Assembly: GCA_031280685.1 (NCBI GenBank)
Contig: JAITGM010000020.1
Coordinates: 21,755-85,754, forward strand
Source: Christensenellaceae bacterium
GTDB lineage: Bacteria; Bacillota; Clostridia; Christensenellales; UBA1750
DNA: 64,000 nt
Direction: 5' to 3'
Below the pieces are notes generated by a model. It did not search any database. It was given only the letters and a program-made list of their open reading frames with translations, and was not told the DNA's origin. Every line of letters begins with the position of its first letter. Within the stretch, counting starts at the first letter, position 1. The translations under genes and the position numbers were made by a program. Positions 55,900-64,000 of the stretch are shown piece after piece.

Positions 55900-56010
55900 G
55901 GAAAGGCCTCCTTTAATTGTGCGCGCAAGCTTCTTCGCGCGCCGTATTCAACGGTAGGATACCATAGGGAGCAATCCGCTGCAATCACCAATCACCAATG
56001 AAAAAACAGC

Positions 56011-56039
56011 TTGCCAAGGCTCTCTTTTCCTGCTAAGAT
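56011..56039 (+). promoter_or_regulatory. Putative sigma-A promoter for mntP
   Basis: TTGCCA (56011-56016), 17-nt spacer, TAAGAT (56034-56039), 38 nt upstream of the TTG start. Confidence 0.45.
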
Positions 56040-56077
56040 GAAACGCGATTTTATGCTTTGAATGAGGTGCGTCGGAC

Positions 56078-56635
56078 TTGACCTTGCTTTCGGCCCTCTT
56101 GCTCGGCTTGGGCCTTGCGATGGACGCCTTCGCGGTTTCCATCGCCACTGGCATCTGCCTGCCCAAACCGCTGCCGCGCCACGCCCTGAAAACCGGCCTG
56201 TTTTTTGGCGGGTTTCAGTTTTTGATGCCGTTGATCGGCTACCTTTTCGGTAGCACGGTGAGCCATTACATCACGGCGGTTGACCACTGGATTGCCTTCG
56301 CTCTGCTCCTGCTCATCGGCGGCAAGATGCTCTACGACGCGATCAAGAACGAACCCGAGGACTCCGTAGACCCGACCCAGACACTGCGCCTGCTGATCTT
56401 AGCTGTGGCCACGAGCATCGACGCGCTGGCCGTCGGCGTGAGCCTGGCGCTGGTGGATGCCGATATTTGGCAGGCCTCCGCCTGCATCGGCCTGGTGACC
56501 TTCGCGCTCTGTGCCGTCGGGGTGATGCTGGGCAAGCGGCTTGGCCAGGTCTTTCAGCGGCGAGCGATGCTGGCCGGCGGCCTGGTGCTGTGCTTTTTGG
56601 GCTGCAAGATCCTGATCGAGCACCTTCTTTTTTGA
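56078..56635 (+). CDS. mntP: Manganese efflux pump MntP
   Basis: MTLLSALLLGLGLAMDAFAVSIATG and the repeated ...SIDALAVGVSLA half. TTG start lies 9 nt after GAGGTG. Confidence 0.88.
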   Translation: MTLLSALLLGLGLAMDAFAVSIATGICLPKPLPRHALKTGLFFGGFQFLMPLIGYLFGSTVSHYITAVDHWIAFALLLLIGGKMLYDAIKNEPEDSVDPTQTLRLLILAVATSIDALAVGVSLALVDADIWQASACIGLVTFALCAVGVMLGKRLGQVFQRRAMLAGGLVLCFLGCKILIEHLLF

Positions 56636-57015
56636 GCCAAAGGGCATAAAAAGGCCAAGCGCAAGGCTTGGCCAGAATGCTCAGGTTTAAAATGAAGGCG
56701 TAAAAAGTAGAGACAAGAACCAAAACACATAAAAGGCACCTTTTAAGGGGAGAAATGAGAAAAGAAAAGGAAACCTGCCGCATTTACAATTAAAGTATAA
56801 CGATTTGGAGCGGGCTTGTCAACTGCAGGAGGAATTTTTCCCCATGCGCCGTCCGCGAAAAACTCTTCTTTTTGCCAAAAGGGCGCGGAAAAAATTCGGC
56901 GCTGCGGCGCGTTTTGGCCTTGCGTGCAATGGGAGGCAAGGGGTATACTATTGCACGTTCAAAAGGCCGTAAGCGGATTTTGATAAAGCTGAAGGAAACC
57001 TTAGGAGGTTGTTTC

Positions 57016-57468
57016 ATGGCTCTTGTGAAATGCCCGCGCTGCGAGCTGAATTACATGCAGGAAACCGACCGGTACTGCTCCGTATGCAGGCGCGAAATGC
57101 ACGGGGAAGACGAAAGGGAAGAAGTCGAGCTCTGCCCCGAGTGCGGGGAGCACACCGTGGTGCTCGGGGAGGAGCTTTGTGCCTTTTGCCTGAAGGAGAT
57201 GGCCAGGCAGGAGCTGGCCATGGCAGCGGGGGAGGATGCGGTGCCGCCTGCCGGCGAAGAGGTGGTGGAGATGGACGCCGCCAGCGGCATGAACGAGATC
57301 GTCGATATCGCGGAAGATGAGGACATCCCCACGGACGAATATCAGGAAATTCACCGCGAGCTCAAGATCGGCGGCGAAGAGGAAGAGGGCGTGGAGATCA
57401 TCGACCTTGCAACCGCGATTTTAGAGGAAGAGGAGCTGGCCGATGACGACGAGCTCGAGGATGAATAG
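57016..57468 (+). CDS. Double zinc-ribbon protein with strongly acidic C-terminal half (function unknown)
   Basis: ATG 57016 follows AGGAGG. Two CxxC...CxxC units (CPRC..CSVC; CPEC..CAFC), then a D/E-rich tail ending DDDELEDE. Confidence 0.6.
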   Translation: MALVKCPRCELNYMQETDRYCSVCRREMHGEDEREEVELCPECGEHTVVLGEELCAFCLKEMARQELAMAAGEDAVPPAGEEVVEMDAASGMNEIVDIAEDEDIPTDEYQEIHRELKIGGEEEEGVEIIDLATAILEEEELADDDELEDE

Positions 57469-57471
57469 CAG

Positions 57472-58179
57472 ATGCGACTCTTTGCGGTAGGCGACCTTCA
57501 TCTGCCCGGTTCGCAGAATAAGCCTATGGACGTTTTCGGCGGCCATTGGGAAGGGCATTTTTGCAAGATCGCCGCGGATTGGGCGCAAAGGGTGGGGGAG
57601 AGCGACCTGGTTTTGCTGCCCGGGGATCTTTCCTGGGCGATGAGCTTTGAGGATGCCATGCCGGATTTGCGGGCCATCTTCGCGCTGCCCGGCAAAAAGG
57701 TGCTGCTGCGCGGCAATCACGACTATTGGTGGCCCGCAATCTCGCGCCTGCGGGCCGTTTTGCCCCCAAACGCCTTCGTTTTGCAAAACGATGCGGTCTT
57801 GGTCGGCGAGTATGCCGTGGCGGGCTCCAGGGGCTGGATCATTCCCCGCGAGGGACGGGGCGACAAGCAGGACGAGAAGATTTACCAGCGCGAGCTGATG
57901 CGGCTTGAGCTTTCGCTCAAGGATGCGCAAACGAGGGCGGCAGGGCGGCCCATCATCGGGATGCTGCACTACCCGCCCAGCCTGGAGGGCGGCGAAAAGA
58001 CGGGATTCACCGAGCTTTTCTCGGCCTATGGGGCGAAGCTGGCCGTCTATGGCCATCTGCATGCGGAGGGCCTGGCCGGGGCCTTCAACGGCCCCATCGG
58101 CGGGGTGCATTACCAAAACGTTTCCTGTGATGGGCTTGGCTTTAAGCTCAAGGAGCTGCGGATAGACGCGGAAGATTAA
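57472..58179 (+). CDS. Calcineurin-like metallophosphoesterase
   Basis: Motifs GDLHL, PGDLSW, GNHDYWW and GHLH. Starts 3 nt after the zinc-ribbon gene. Confidence 0.8.
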   Translation: MRLFAVGDLHLPGSQNKPMDVFGGHWEGHFCKIAADWAQRVGESDLVLLPGDLSWAMSFEDAMPDLRAIFALPGKKVLLRGNHDYWWPAISRLRAVLPPNAFVLQNDAVLVGEYAVAGSRGWIIPREGRGDKQDEKIYQRELMRLELSLKDAQTRAAGRPIIGMLHYPPSLEGGEKTGFTELFSAYGAKLAVYGHLHAEGLAGAFNGPIGGVHYQNVSCDGLGFKLKELRIDAED

Positions 58180-58210
58180 CGGGGCGGCGTGGGCCGCCCC
58201 GTTGCTTTTT
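58178..58210 (+). terminator. Rho-independent terminator
   Basis: Stem AACGGGGCGGC / GCCGCCCCGTT with a GTGG loop, followed by GCTTTTT. Confidence 0.85.
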
Positions 58211-58228
58211 GCGTGCCGCGTCAAAAAA

Positions 58229-58282
58229 ACATAGAAAACATCTATGTGTTACTTGGTAAAAAAGGATTTGGCGTGCTATACT
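58229..58282 (+). promoter_or_regulatory. Putative promoter of the copper cluster with an upstream inverted repeat (candidate operator)
   Basis: Inverted repeat ACATAGA-N5-TCTATGT (58229-58247). TTGGTA (58253-58258), 18-nt spacer, TGc-TATACT (58274-58282). Confidence 0.4.
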
Positions 58283-58325
58283 GGCTCCATAGGATCGAGA
58301 GGGCAGAAGGGAGACCGCAGGGAAG

Positions 58326-59765
58326 ATGGAAACAAGGCATTTCCGCATCGGGGGGATGAACTGCCAAAACTGCCAGGATCGGATCATGAACGCGCTGCTG
58401 AAAACCGAAGGCGTTGCCGCCGCGAAGGTCGATTACCGCAGCGGTCGGGCCGAAGTGGTCTTTGACGCGGGCAAGACCCGCTTTGCCAAGCTTTGCACGG
58501 CCATAGAAGCGCTGGACTATACGGTCTTGGGCCAAAACGAGTCCGCCTTTAGCTGGAAGCGCGCAGCCCTTTCCCTCGCGCTGATCCTTCTCCTTTACGT
58601 TCTGCTCGAACGGGGCGGCGCGGCGAAGTTCCTCCTGCCGGGCGCCCTTGCGGGGAGCGAAATGAGCTTGCTTGCGCTGATGTTGATCGGGTTGACGACC
58701 TCGCTGCACTGCGTGGGGATGTGCGGCGGCATTTCACTTTCGCAAAGCCTGCCTTCCGGCGCGCAAAAGGCCGCATTTTTGCCCGGGCTTTGGTATAACC
58801 TGGGCCGGGTGCTCTCTTACGCCGCCGTCGGCTTGGCGCTGGGGGGCGCGGGGGCGCTTTTGGGTGGCGGCGCGGGCTTTTCCATGCCCACGGCGGCGCA
58901 GGGCGCGCTGAAGATCGTCGCGGGCTTGCTCATGGCGGCGGCTGGCCTGAACCTGCTGGGCGTGTTCCCCTGGCTCAGGGTCTTGAGCCTTCGCCTGCCG
59001 CGCGGCCTTGGCGGGCGGCGCGGGGGGCCGTTCACGCTCGGCCTGCTCAACGGCCTGATGCCCTGCGGCCCCCTGCAGTCGATGCAGATCGTGGCACTGG
59101 CCTCGGGCAGCCCAATCTTGGGCGCGCTCTCGATGCTGGCCTTCGGCTTGGGCACCCTGCCCTTGATGCTGGGCTTCGGGGCTGCGGTGGCGCTGCTTGG
59201 CAGGCGCTTTCGGCGGGCCGTTTCCGCCATCGGCGCGGGGCTAATGGCCGTGCTGGGGCTGCTGATGCTGGCCCAGGGCACGAGCCTGACCGGCCTTTTG
59301 ACGCAGGAAAGACTGCTCCTGCTGGTGCTTGCGCTGCTTGGCCTCGGCCTTGTGGCGGCCATTCCCTTTAAAAAGCCGTTTGCGCGGGGGATCTGGGTGC
59401 TTGCGCTGCTTTTGGCGCTGCTTTTGCCGCAGCTAGGCGCGAACGGCATCCAAAGCGGCGGAAACGCAGACCGGGCCGAACGCACGGGCGGCGGGCAGAC
59501 CGTGCGCAGCACCCTGGAGCCAGGCGCCTACCCAGACATCGAGGTGGAAGCCGGCCTGCCTTTGACCTGGGTCATCGACGCGCCGCAGGGCAGCGTCAAC
59601 GGCTGCAACAACCGCATGCTCATCCCCGAATGCGGCATCGAATACGCCTTTAAAACCGGGGAGAATACCATCGTCTTCACGCCGGAACGGGCCGGCGTGC
59701 TGCCCTATAGCTGCTGGATGGGCATGATCCGCGGCAGCATCATCGTGAAGGAGAACATGGAATGA
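58326..59765 (+). CDS. Three-part fusion: HMA metal-binding domain + TauE/SafE (DsbD_2-like) permease + C-terminal cupredoxin-like domain
   Basis: GMNCQNC HMA motif. Polytopic core with HCVGMCGG. The C-terminal ~100 aa (YPDIEVEAGLPLTWVIDAP...YSCWMGMIRGSIIV) look like a cupredoxin-type beta sandwich. Confidence 0.7.
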   Translation: METRHFRIGGMNCQNCQDRIMNALLKTEGVAAAKVDYRSGRAEVVFDAGKTRFAKLCTAIEALDYTVLGQNESAFSWKRAALSLALILLLYVLLERGGAAKFLLPGALAGSEMSLLALMLIGLTTSLHCVGMCGGISLSQSLPSGAQKAAFLPGLWYNLGRVLSYAAVGLALGGAGALLGGGAGFSMPTAAQGALKIVAGLLMAAAGLNLLGVFPWLRVLSLRLPRGLGGRRGGPFTLGLLNGLMPCGPLQSMQIVALASGSPILGALSMLAFGLGTLPLMLGFGAAVALLGRRFRRAVSAIGAGLMAVLGLLMLAQGTSLTGLLTQERLLLLVLALLGLGLVAAIPFKKPFARGIWVLALLLALLLPQLGANGIQSGGNADRAERTGGGQTVRSTLEPGAYPDIEVEAGLPLTWVIDAPQGSVNGCNNRMLIPECGIEYAFKTGENTIVFTPERAGVLPYSCWMGMIRGSIIVKENME

Positions 59766-60256
59766 AAACAGCGAAAAAGGCCCGGTTTTATGCTAGTATG
59801 GCTCTGATTTTGACGCTTTTGCTCGCGGGCTGCTCGGGCGGCGGCGAAAGCGGCGAAAAAAGGGAGCCGCAGACCGTAGCGCAGGGCGAAAGCCTGCGCA
59901 TTCCACTCGGGGGCCTTGGCGAAACGGCGAGCTTTTACCCGGTCGAAATCGACGGCACGGACATGGAAGTCCTGGCCGTCAAGCTTTCGGACGGCGGCAT
60001 TCGAACCGCCTTCAACACCTGCGAGCTCTGCTTCGATTCCGGCAGGGGCTACTACGAGCAGGAAGGGAGTGATCTTATCTGCCAAAACTGCGGAAACCGC
60101 TTCGGCATGGATGAAATTGGCCGGCCCTCGCGCGGCTGCAATCCCTGGCCGATCCTGGATGCGGATAAGACGCTTACAGAGGAAGAAATACTGATCTCTT
60201 ACGAGTTTTTGGCTGGCTCAAAGCGGTTTTTTGGGCGTTGGAAGAGCGGGGCCTAA
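59762..60256 (+). CDS. DUF2318-family Cys-rich lipoprotein
   Basis: Lipobox LLAGC. Segments FYPVEIDG...AVKLSDGGIRTAFNTCELC...LICQNCGNRF...GCNPWP. ATGA overlap with the upstream gene. Confidence 0.7.
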   Translation: MKTAKKARFYASMALILTLLLAGCSGGGESGEKREPQTVAQGESLRIPLGGLGETASFYPVEIDGTDMEVLAVKLSDGGIRTAFNTCELCFDSGRGYYEQEGSDLICQNCGNRFGMDEIGRPSRGCNPWPILDADKTLTEEEILISYEFLAGSKRFFGRWKSGA

Positions 60257-60288
60257 GCGCCTGAGCGACGAAGGCAGAAAGGTGAAAG

Positions 60289-62766
60289 ATGGAAAGCAGG
60301 ATTTTGGATGTCCGCGGGATGACCTGCGCCGCCTGCGCGGCCAGGATTGAGAAAACATTGAATAAGCTGCCCGGCGTCGGCCGGGCGACGGTGAACCTGG
60401 CCAGTGAAAGGCTTTTTGTGGAATATGACGAGAGCGCCCTGAGGCTGCCCGAGATCCAGCGGGCGGTGAGCCGGATCGGTTATGAGCTGGCCGAGCGGAT
60501 TGAGGATGGCGATGTGACCATCCCCATCGGCGGGATGAGCTGCGCGGCCTGCGCCCAAAGGATCGAAAAGGGCCTGAAAAAGCTCGACGGCGTCGTGCGC
60601 GTTTCGGTCAACTACGCGACCGAAAAGGCGGCGCTCCGCTATGACCCGCAAAGGCTTCGGCTGTCGGCCATCCGCGAAACCATTCAAAAGCTGGGTTATG
60701 AAGCCCTCGAAATCACCCGCGCGGACGCCGCGGAGGAAGACAGGGCACGCAAGCAGACGGAAATTAAGCGGCTATGGGCGAAATTCCTCGTCGCCGCCAC
60801 GTTTTCGCTGCCGCTGCTCTATATCGCGATGGCGCCCATGCTGCAGGGGCTGAGGCTGCCCTTCCCAGGCTGGCTCGCGCCCATGGATTTCCCCCTCGTC
60901 TATGCCCTGGCCGAGCTTTTGCTCACCCTGCCCGTGATTGGCGCCGGATACCGCTTTTACTACGTGGGCTTTCGCGCGCTGTGGATGCGCAGCCCCAATA
61001 TGGACTCGCTCGTGGCCATCGGCACGAGCGCCGCGGTGCTCTACAGCGCCTATAACACGGTCTTAATCGCCTTTGGGCAGTTTCAGGCCGTGGACGCGCT
61101 GTATTTCGAGTCCGCCGGGGTGATTCTGACGCTAATTTTGCTTGGGAAGACGCTCGAAGCCCTCTCGAAGGGCCGCACGGGCGAGGCCATCAAGAAGCTG
61201 ATGGGCCTTGCGCCCAAGACCGCCATCGTGATTCGAGACGGCAGCGAAATCGAGATCCCCATCGATGAGGTGGAGGTCGGCGACTTGCTCCTTGTCAGGC
61301 CGGGCTCGACCATCCCGGTGGACGGAAAGGTCAGCCAGGGGGAGAGCGCGGTCGATGAATCCATGCTTACGGGCGAAAGCATGCCGGTGGATAAAAAGCC
61401 CGGCGACCCGGTCTACGCGGCCTCGCTGAACACGACCGGCGCGTTCCGCTTCAGGGCGGAGCGGGTCGGCGCACAAACCGCCCTGGCCCGCATCATCAAG
61501 CTGGTTGAGGATGCGCAGGGGCAAAAGGCGCCGATCGCCCAGCTGGCGGATCTGGTTTCGGGTTACTTCGTGCCCGCGGTTTGCGGGGTCGCCCTGCTTG
61601 CCGGGCTTGCCTGGTACCTGGGCACGGGCGGGGACTTAAAATTCAGCCTGACGATCTTCATCTCGGTCCTGGTCATCGCCTGCCCCTGCGCGCTGGGCCT
61701 CGCCACGCCGACCGCCATCTTGGTGGGCACGGGCAAGGGCGCGGAACACGGCATCTTGATCAAAGGGGGCGAGGCGCTCGAGACCGCGCACAAGGTCGGC
61801 GTCGTGATTTTAGACAAGACGGGCACCATCACCGAAGGGAAGCCCGCCGTGACCGATCTTTGGCCCGCTGACGGGCAAGACGCCGGGGAACTGCTGCGGC
61901 TTGCGGCTTCCGCGGAGCTCAGTTCCGAGCACCCGCTTGGCCAGGCCGTCGTGCAAAGGGCGCAAAAGGACGGTTTGGCGCTCGAAGGGGCCGAGGGTTT
62001 CCGCGCCTTGACGGGCAGGGGGATTGAGGCTACAATTTGCGGTAGGCAGGTTCTGGCCGGGAACCAAAATCTGATGGAGGAGCGCGGCATCACCCTTGGC
62101 GAGATGGCCGGGCGAAGCGAAGCGCTGGCCCTCGAGGGCAAAACGCCGATGTTCATCGCGGCAGACGGCGAAATATTGGGGATTTTGGCCGTGGCCGACG
62201 TGGTAAAGCCCTCAAGCCGGGCGGCGATTGCCACACTGCGTGCAATGGGCATCGAGGTTGCGATGCTGACCGGCGACCACCGCCATACCGCGGAGTTTAT
62301 CGCCAGGCAGGTGGGCATCGAGCGCGTTTTGGCCGAAGTGCTTCCGGGCGATAAGGCCGGCGAGGTCAAAAAACTGCAGGGTGAGGGCAAGACCGTCGCC
62401 ATGGTGGGGGATGGCATCAACGATGCACCGGCCCTGGCCCAGGCGGATGTGGGCATCGCCATCGGCACCGGAGCGGATGTGGCCATGGAGTCGGCTGGCA
62501 TCGTCTTGATGCGTGGCGACCTGACCGAGGTGCCCACGGCCATCGAGCTGAGCCGTAGAACCATTCGCAACATCAAGCAGAACCTCTTTTGGGCCTTTGG
62601 CTATAACGTGATCGGCATCCCCGTCGCGGCGGGGCTGTTGCACCTGCTTTGGGGCGGGCCGCTGCTCAGCCCCATCTTTGCAGCCGCGGCGATGAGCCTA
62701 AGCTCGGTTTCCGTTTTGACGAACGCCCTGCGCCTGAAGCGCTTTCAGCCCCCGGCAAGGGCATGA
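60289..62766 (+). CDS. copA: Copper-translocating P1B-type ATPase
   Basis: Two N-terminal HMA domains ([26 protein letters not shown]), CPC ([12 protein letters not shown]), DKTGT and GDGINDAP. Confidence 0.95.
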   Translation: MESRILDVRGMTCAACAARIEKTLNKLPGVGRATVNLASERLFVEYDESALRLPEIQRAVSRIGYELAERIEDGDVTIPIGGMSCAACAQRIEKGLKKLDGVVRVSVNYATEKAALRYDPQRLRLSAIRETIQKLGYEALEITRADAAEEDRARKQTEIKRLWAKFLVAATFSLPLLYIAMAPMLQGLRLPFPGWLAPMDFPLVYALAELLLTLPVIGAGYRFYYVGFRALWMRSPNMDSLVAIGTSAAVLYSAYNTVLIAFGQFQAVDALYFESAGVILTLILLGKTLEALSKGRTGEAIKKLMGLAPKTAIVIRDGSEIEIPIDEVEVGDLLLVRPGSTIPVDGKVSQGESAVDESMLTGESMPVDKKPGDPVYAASLNTTGAFRFRAERVGAQTALARIIKLVEDAQGQKAPIAQLADLVSGYFVPAVCGVALLAGLAWYLGTGGDLKFSLTIFISVLVIACPCALGLATPTAILVGTGKGAEHGILIKGGEALETAHKVGVVILDKTGTITEGKPAVTDLWPADGQDAGELLRLAASAELSSEHPLGQAVVQRAQKDGLALEGAEGFRALTGRGIEATICGRQVLAGNQNLMEERGITLGEMAGRSEALALEGKTPMFIAADGEILGILAVADVVKPSSRAAIATLRAMGIEVAMLTGDHRHTAEFIARQVGIERVLAEVLPGDKAGEVKKLQGEGKTVAMVGDGINDAPALAQADVGIAIGTGADVAMESAGIVLMRGDLTEVPTAIELSRRTIRNIKQNLFWAFGYNVIGIPVAAGLLHLLWGGPLLSPIFAAAAMSLSSVSVLTNALRLKRFQPPARA

Positions 62767-63440
62767 AGGAGGGAATGATGCGGGTCTTCAAGCGGATTTT
62801 GCCCCTTTTTTATCTAGCCGCGCTGCTGGTAGCGCTCAGCGCCTGCGCTGCGCTGGACGTGGTCGCGAACGACGCCTCGCGCGCCTTCGGCGATGTGCTG
62901 GAGGCTTTACCGGCGGCCTTCAGCGACGAGGAGGGCGGCTGGTTCTTGACCGCGCCGGATGGCGCCGCCAAATTGCAGATCCAATCCCAGTGCGTGGTTC
63001 TGCGGGTGGATGCGAAGCCCTTCATCGACGCTGGGCTGAACGTGGACGAGCGGCCAGAACACAACCCCGATAGCCTTGTCTTTTCCACGCTGGGCTTCGA
63101 TATGCTGAACATGAACGTGAAGGCAAGCGCGAAGGAGCAATTCGCCTCGAATTTGCGGCCGCTGCGCTCAAAATTGGGCTACCATGGCGCGATGGACCAT
63201 TACACGCTGCAAATCGGCGAAGGCGCCGCCTTTGAGTGGGCCAAGAACCTTAAAAAGCACAGCGTCAGCGGCGCAGATCAGGAGAAAGACATCGTGTTTG
63301 TGCTCGATCCAGAGCCGTTGATCGCGGCGGGGCTCGATCCTGAAAAAGTCGAGGGCTGGAGTTACGCCGCGGTGCCCATGGAGCAGGATGGGCAGATGAA
63401 GGAAGTGTGGAAGCTGCTCAAGGCCTTCGATTTGGCCTGA
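62763..63440 (+). CDS. Uncharacterised lipoprotein coupled to copA
   Basis: Signal/lipobox [14 protein letters not shown] 62763 overlaps the copA stop (ATGA); alternative starts are 62775 or 62778 after AAGGAGGG. No recognisable family. Confidence 0.6.
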   Translation: MKEGMMRVFKRILPLFYLAALLVALSACAALDVVANDASRAFGDVLEALPAAFSDEEGGWFLTAPDGAAKLQIQSQCVVLRVDAKPFIDAGLNVDERPEHNPDSLVFSTLGFDMLNMNVKASAKEQFASNLRPLRSKLGYHGAMDHYTLQIGEGAAFEWAKNLKKHSVSGADQEKDIVFVLDPEPLIAAGLDPEKVEGWSYAAVPMEQDGQMKEVWKLLKAFDLA

Positions 63441-63459
63441 TAAAGAAAGGGAATGCGCC

Positions 63460-63945
63460 ATGCTGGTGGAACTGGTTCCGGCTACGGCGGCAGACGCGGG
63501 CGCGCTGGCCGCCATTCAAAAGAAAGCCTTCAAGCGCCTTTACGCGCTCTATCAAGACGAGGGCAGCCCCTATCTTCGCGGGGAGGAAGAGATCCTTCGC
63601 TGGCTCGAGCGCCCGGGCTGGAAGGTCTTTAAAATCCTTGCGGACGGCGTTTTGGCAGGCGGGCTCGTGGCCTGTGAGCGGCCGGACGCGCCCGGCGAAG
63701 GCTATCTCGCGCGGGTCTATATTCTGCCCGGCATGCAAAGGCAGGGCATCGCCAGCCGGGCGCTGCTGCTCTGCGAAGCTGAGTTCCCTGCGGTTTCGCA
63801 CTGGACGCTGGACTTCCCCGCGGAGCAGACCGCAAACCGCAGGTGCTACGAGAAGGCGAGGTATGCCGACACGGGCAAAAGACTGGAACAAAGCCAGGGA
63901 AAGATCGTTCTTGCCCTGTATGAAAAGCAAACGCAAGCAAAATGA
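63460..63945 (+). CDS. GNAT N-acetyltransferase
   Basis: 161 aa. Acetyl-CoA site MQRQGIASRALLLCE and a C-terminal YEKARY motif. Confidence 0.75.
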   Translation: MLVELVPATAADAGALAAIQKKAFKRLYALYQDEGSPYLRGEEEILRWLERPGWKVFKILADGVLAGGLVACERPDAPGEGYLARVYILPGMQRQGIASRALLLCEAEFPAVSHWTLDFPAEQTANRRCYEKARYADTGKRLEQSQGKIVLALYEKQTQAK

Positions 63946-63961
63946 AAGGCGGTAAGGAACA

Positions 63962-64000
63962 ATGACAAAGACGGTTTTGAAGGTGGAAGGGATGTCGTGC
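63962..64000 (+). CDS. copZ: Start of an HMA-domain copper chaperone (CopZ-like); 3' end outside window
   Basis: ATG 63962 gives MTKTVLKVEGMSC..., the beginning of the GMxCxxC motif. Only 13 codons are visible. Confidence 0.55.
   Translation, partial: MTKTVLKVEGMSC

Noticed and set aside
55961-56077. yybP-ykoY (Mn2+) riboswitch upstream of mntP
   Set aside because: There are weak resemblances (AUAGGGAGCAA, CUUGCCAAGGCUCUCUUUUCC). However, the segment is far too short for the four-helix fold. The TTGCCA-17-TAAGAT promoter overlaps it, which leaves only a ~38-nt 5' UTR.
56844-56972. 42-codon very basic ORF (MRRPRKTLLFAKRARKKFG...) behind AGGAGG in the AT-rich spacer
   Set aside because: The RBS spacing is long (11 nt). 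The ORF overlaps the predicted promoter of the zinc-ribbon gene, and I recognise no family. There is not enough evidence to call it a gene.

Overview
GC-rich Firmicutes/Clostridia-type chromosomal segment made almost entirely of core genes. 1-19.4 kb: the 3' part of an eight-repeat SH3b wall protein, then a division/cell-wall (dcw) cluster mraZ-rsmH-ftsL-like-PBP(2xPASTA)-murE-mraY-murD-ftsW-murA-ftsQ-DUF881-DUF881-sbp-ftsA-ftsZ. 19.9-24 kb (minus strand): a permease plus TM1266-type ACT regulator, yebC, a flavodoxin-like protein and an M20 amidohydrolase. 24-35 kb: GNAT, rodA, spoIVFA-like/spoIVFB, yqfC-yqfD-phoH-pgpH-ybeY-era, glmU. 35.6-37.7 kb: a tandem-GNAT gene followed by two decayed genes (a flavin reductase with one in-frame TGA, and a NUDIX remnant). 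37.7-44.2 kb (minus): ispH::S1 fusion, plsC, cmk, an FAD flavoprotein, an RpiR regulator, surE. 44.3-51.7 kb: argS, a QueG-like Fe-S protein, a ZIP transporter, a copZ-like gene, mrnC-thyX-rlmB-yacP-sigH. 51.7-53.9 kb: gene remnants and a 24-repeat type I-E-like CRISPR array, with no cas gene anywhere in the window. 54-64 kb: a hypothetical membrane protein, aldose epimerase, mntP, a zinc-ribbon protein plus metallophosphoesterase, and a copper cluster (HMA-permease-cupredoxin fusion, DUF2318 lipoprotein, copA, lipoprotein, GNAT, start of copZ). I did not find a convincing complete novel multi-gene system. The most unusual items are the orphan CRISPR array at a synteny break after sigH, the decayed gene pair, long GC-rich non-coding islands with repeats and hairpins, a 10-bp-phased G-box array upstream of mraZ, and the atypical copper cluster. 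All functional calls come from recognising motifs and families by eye; no database search was run.
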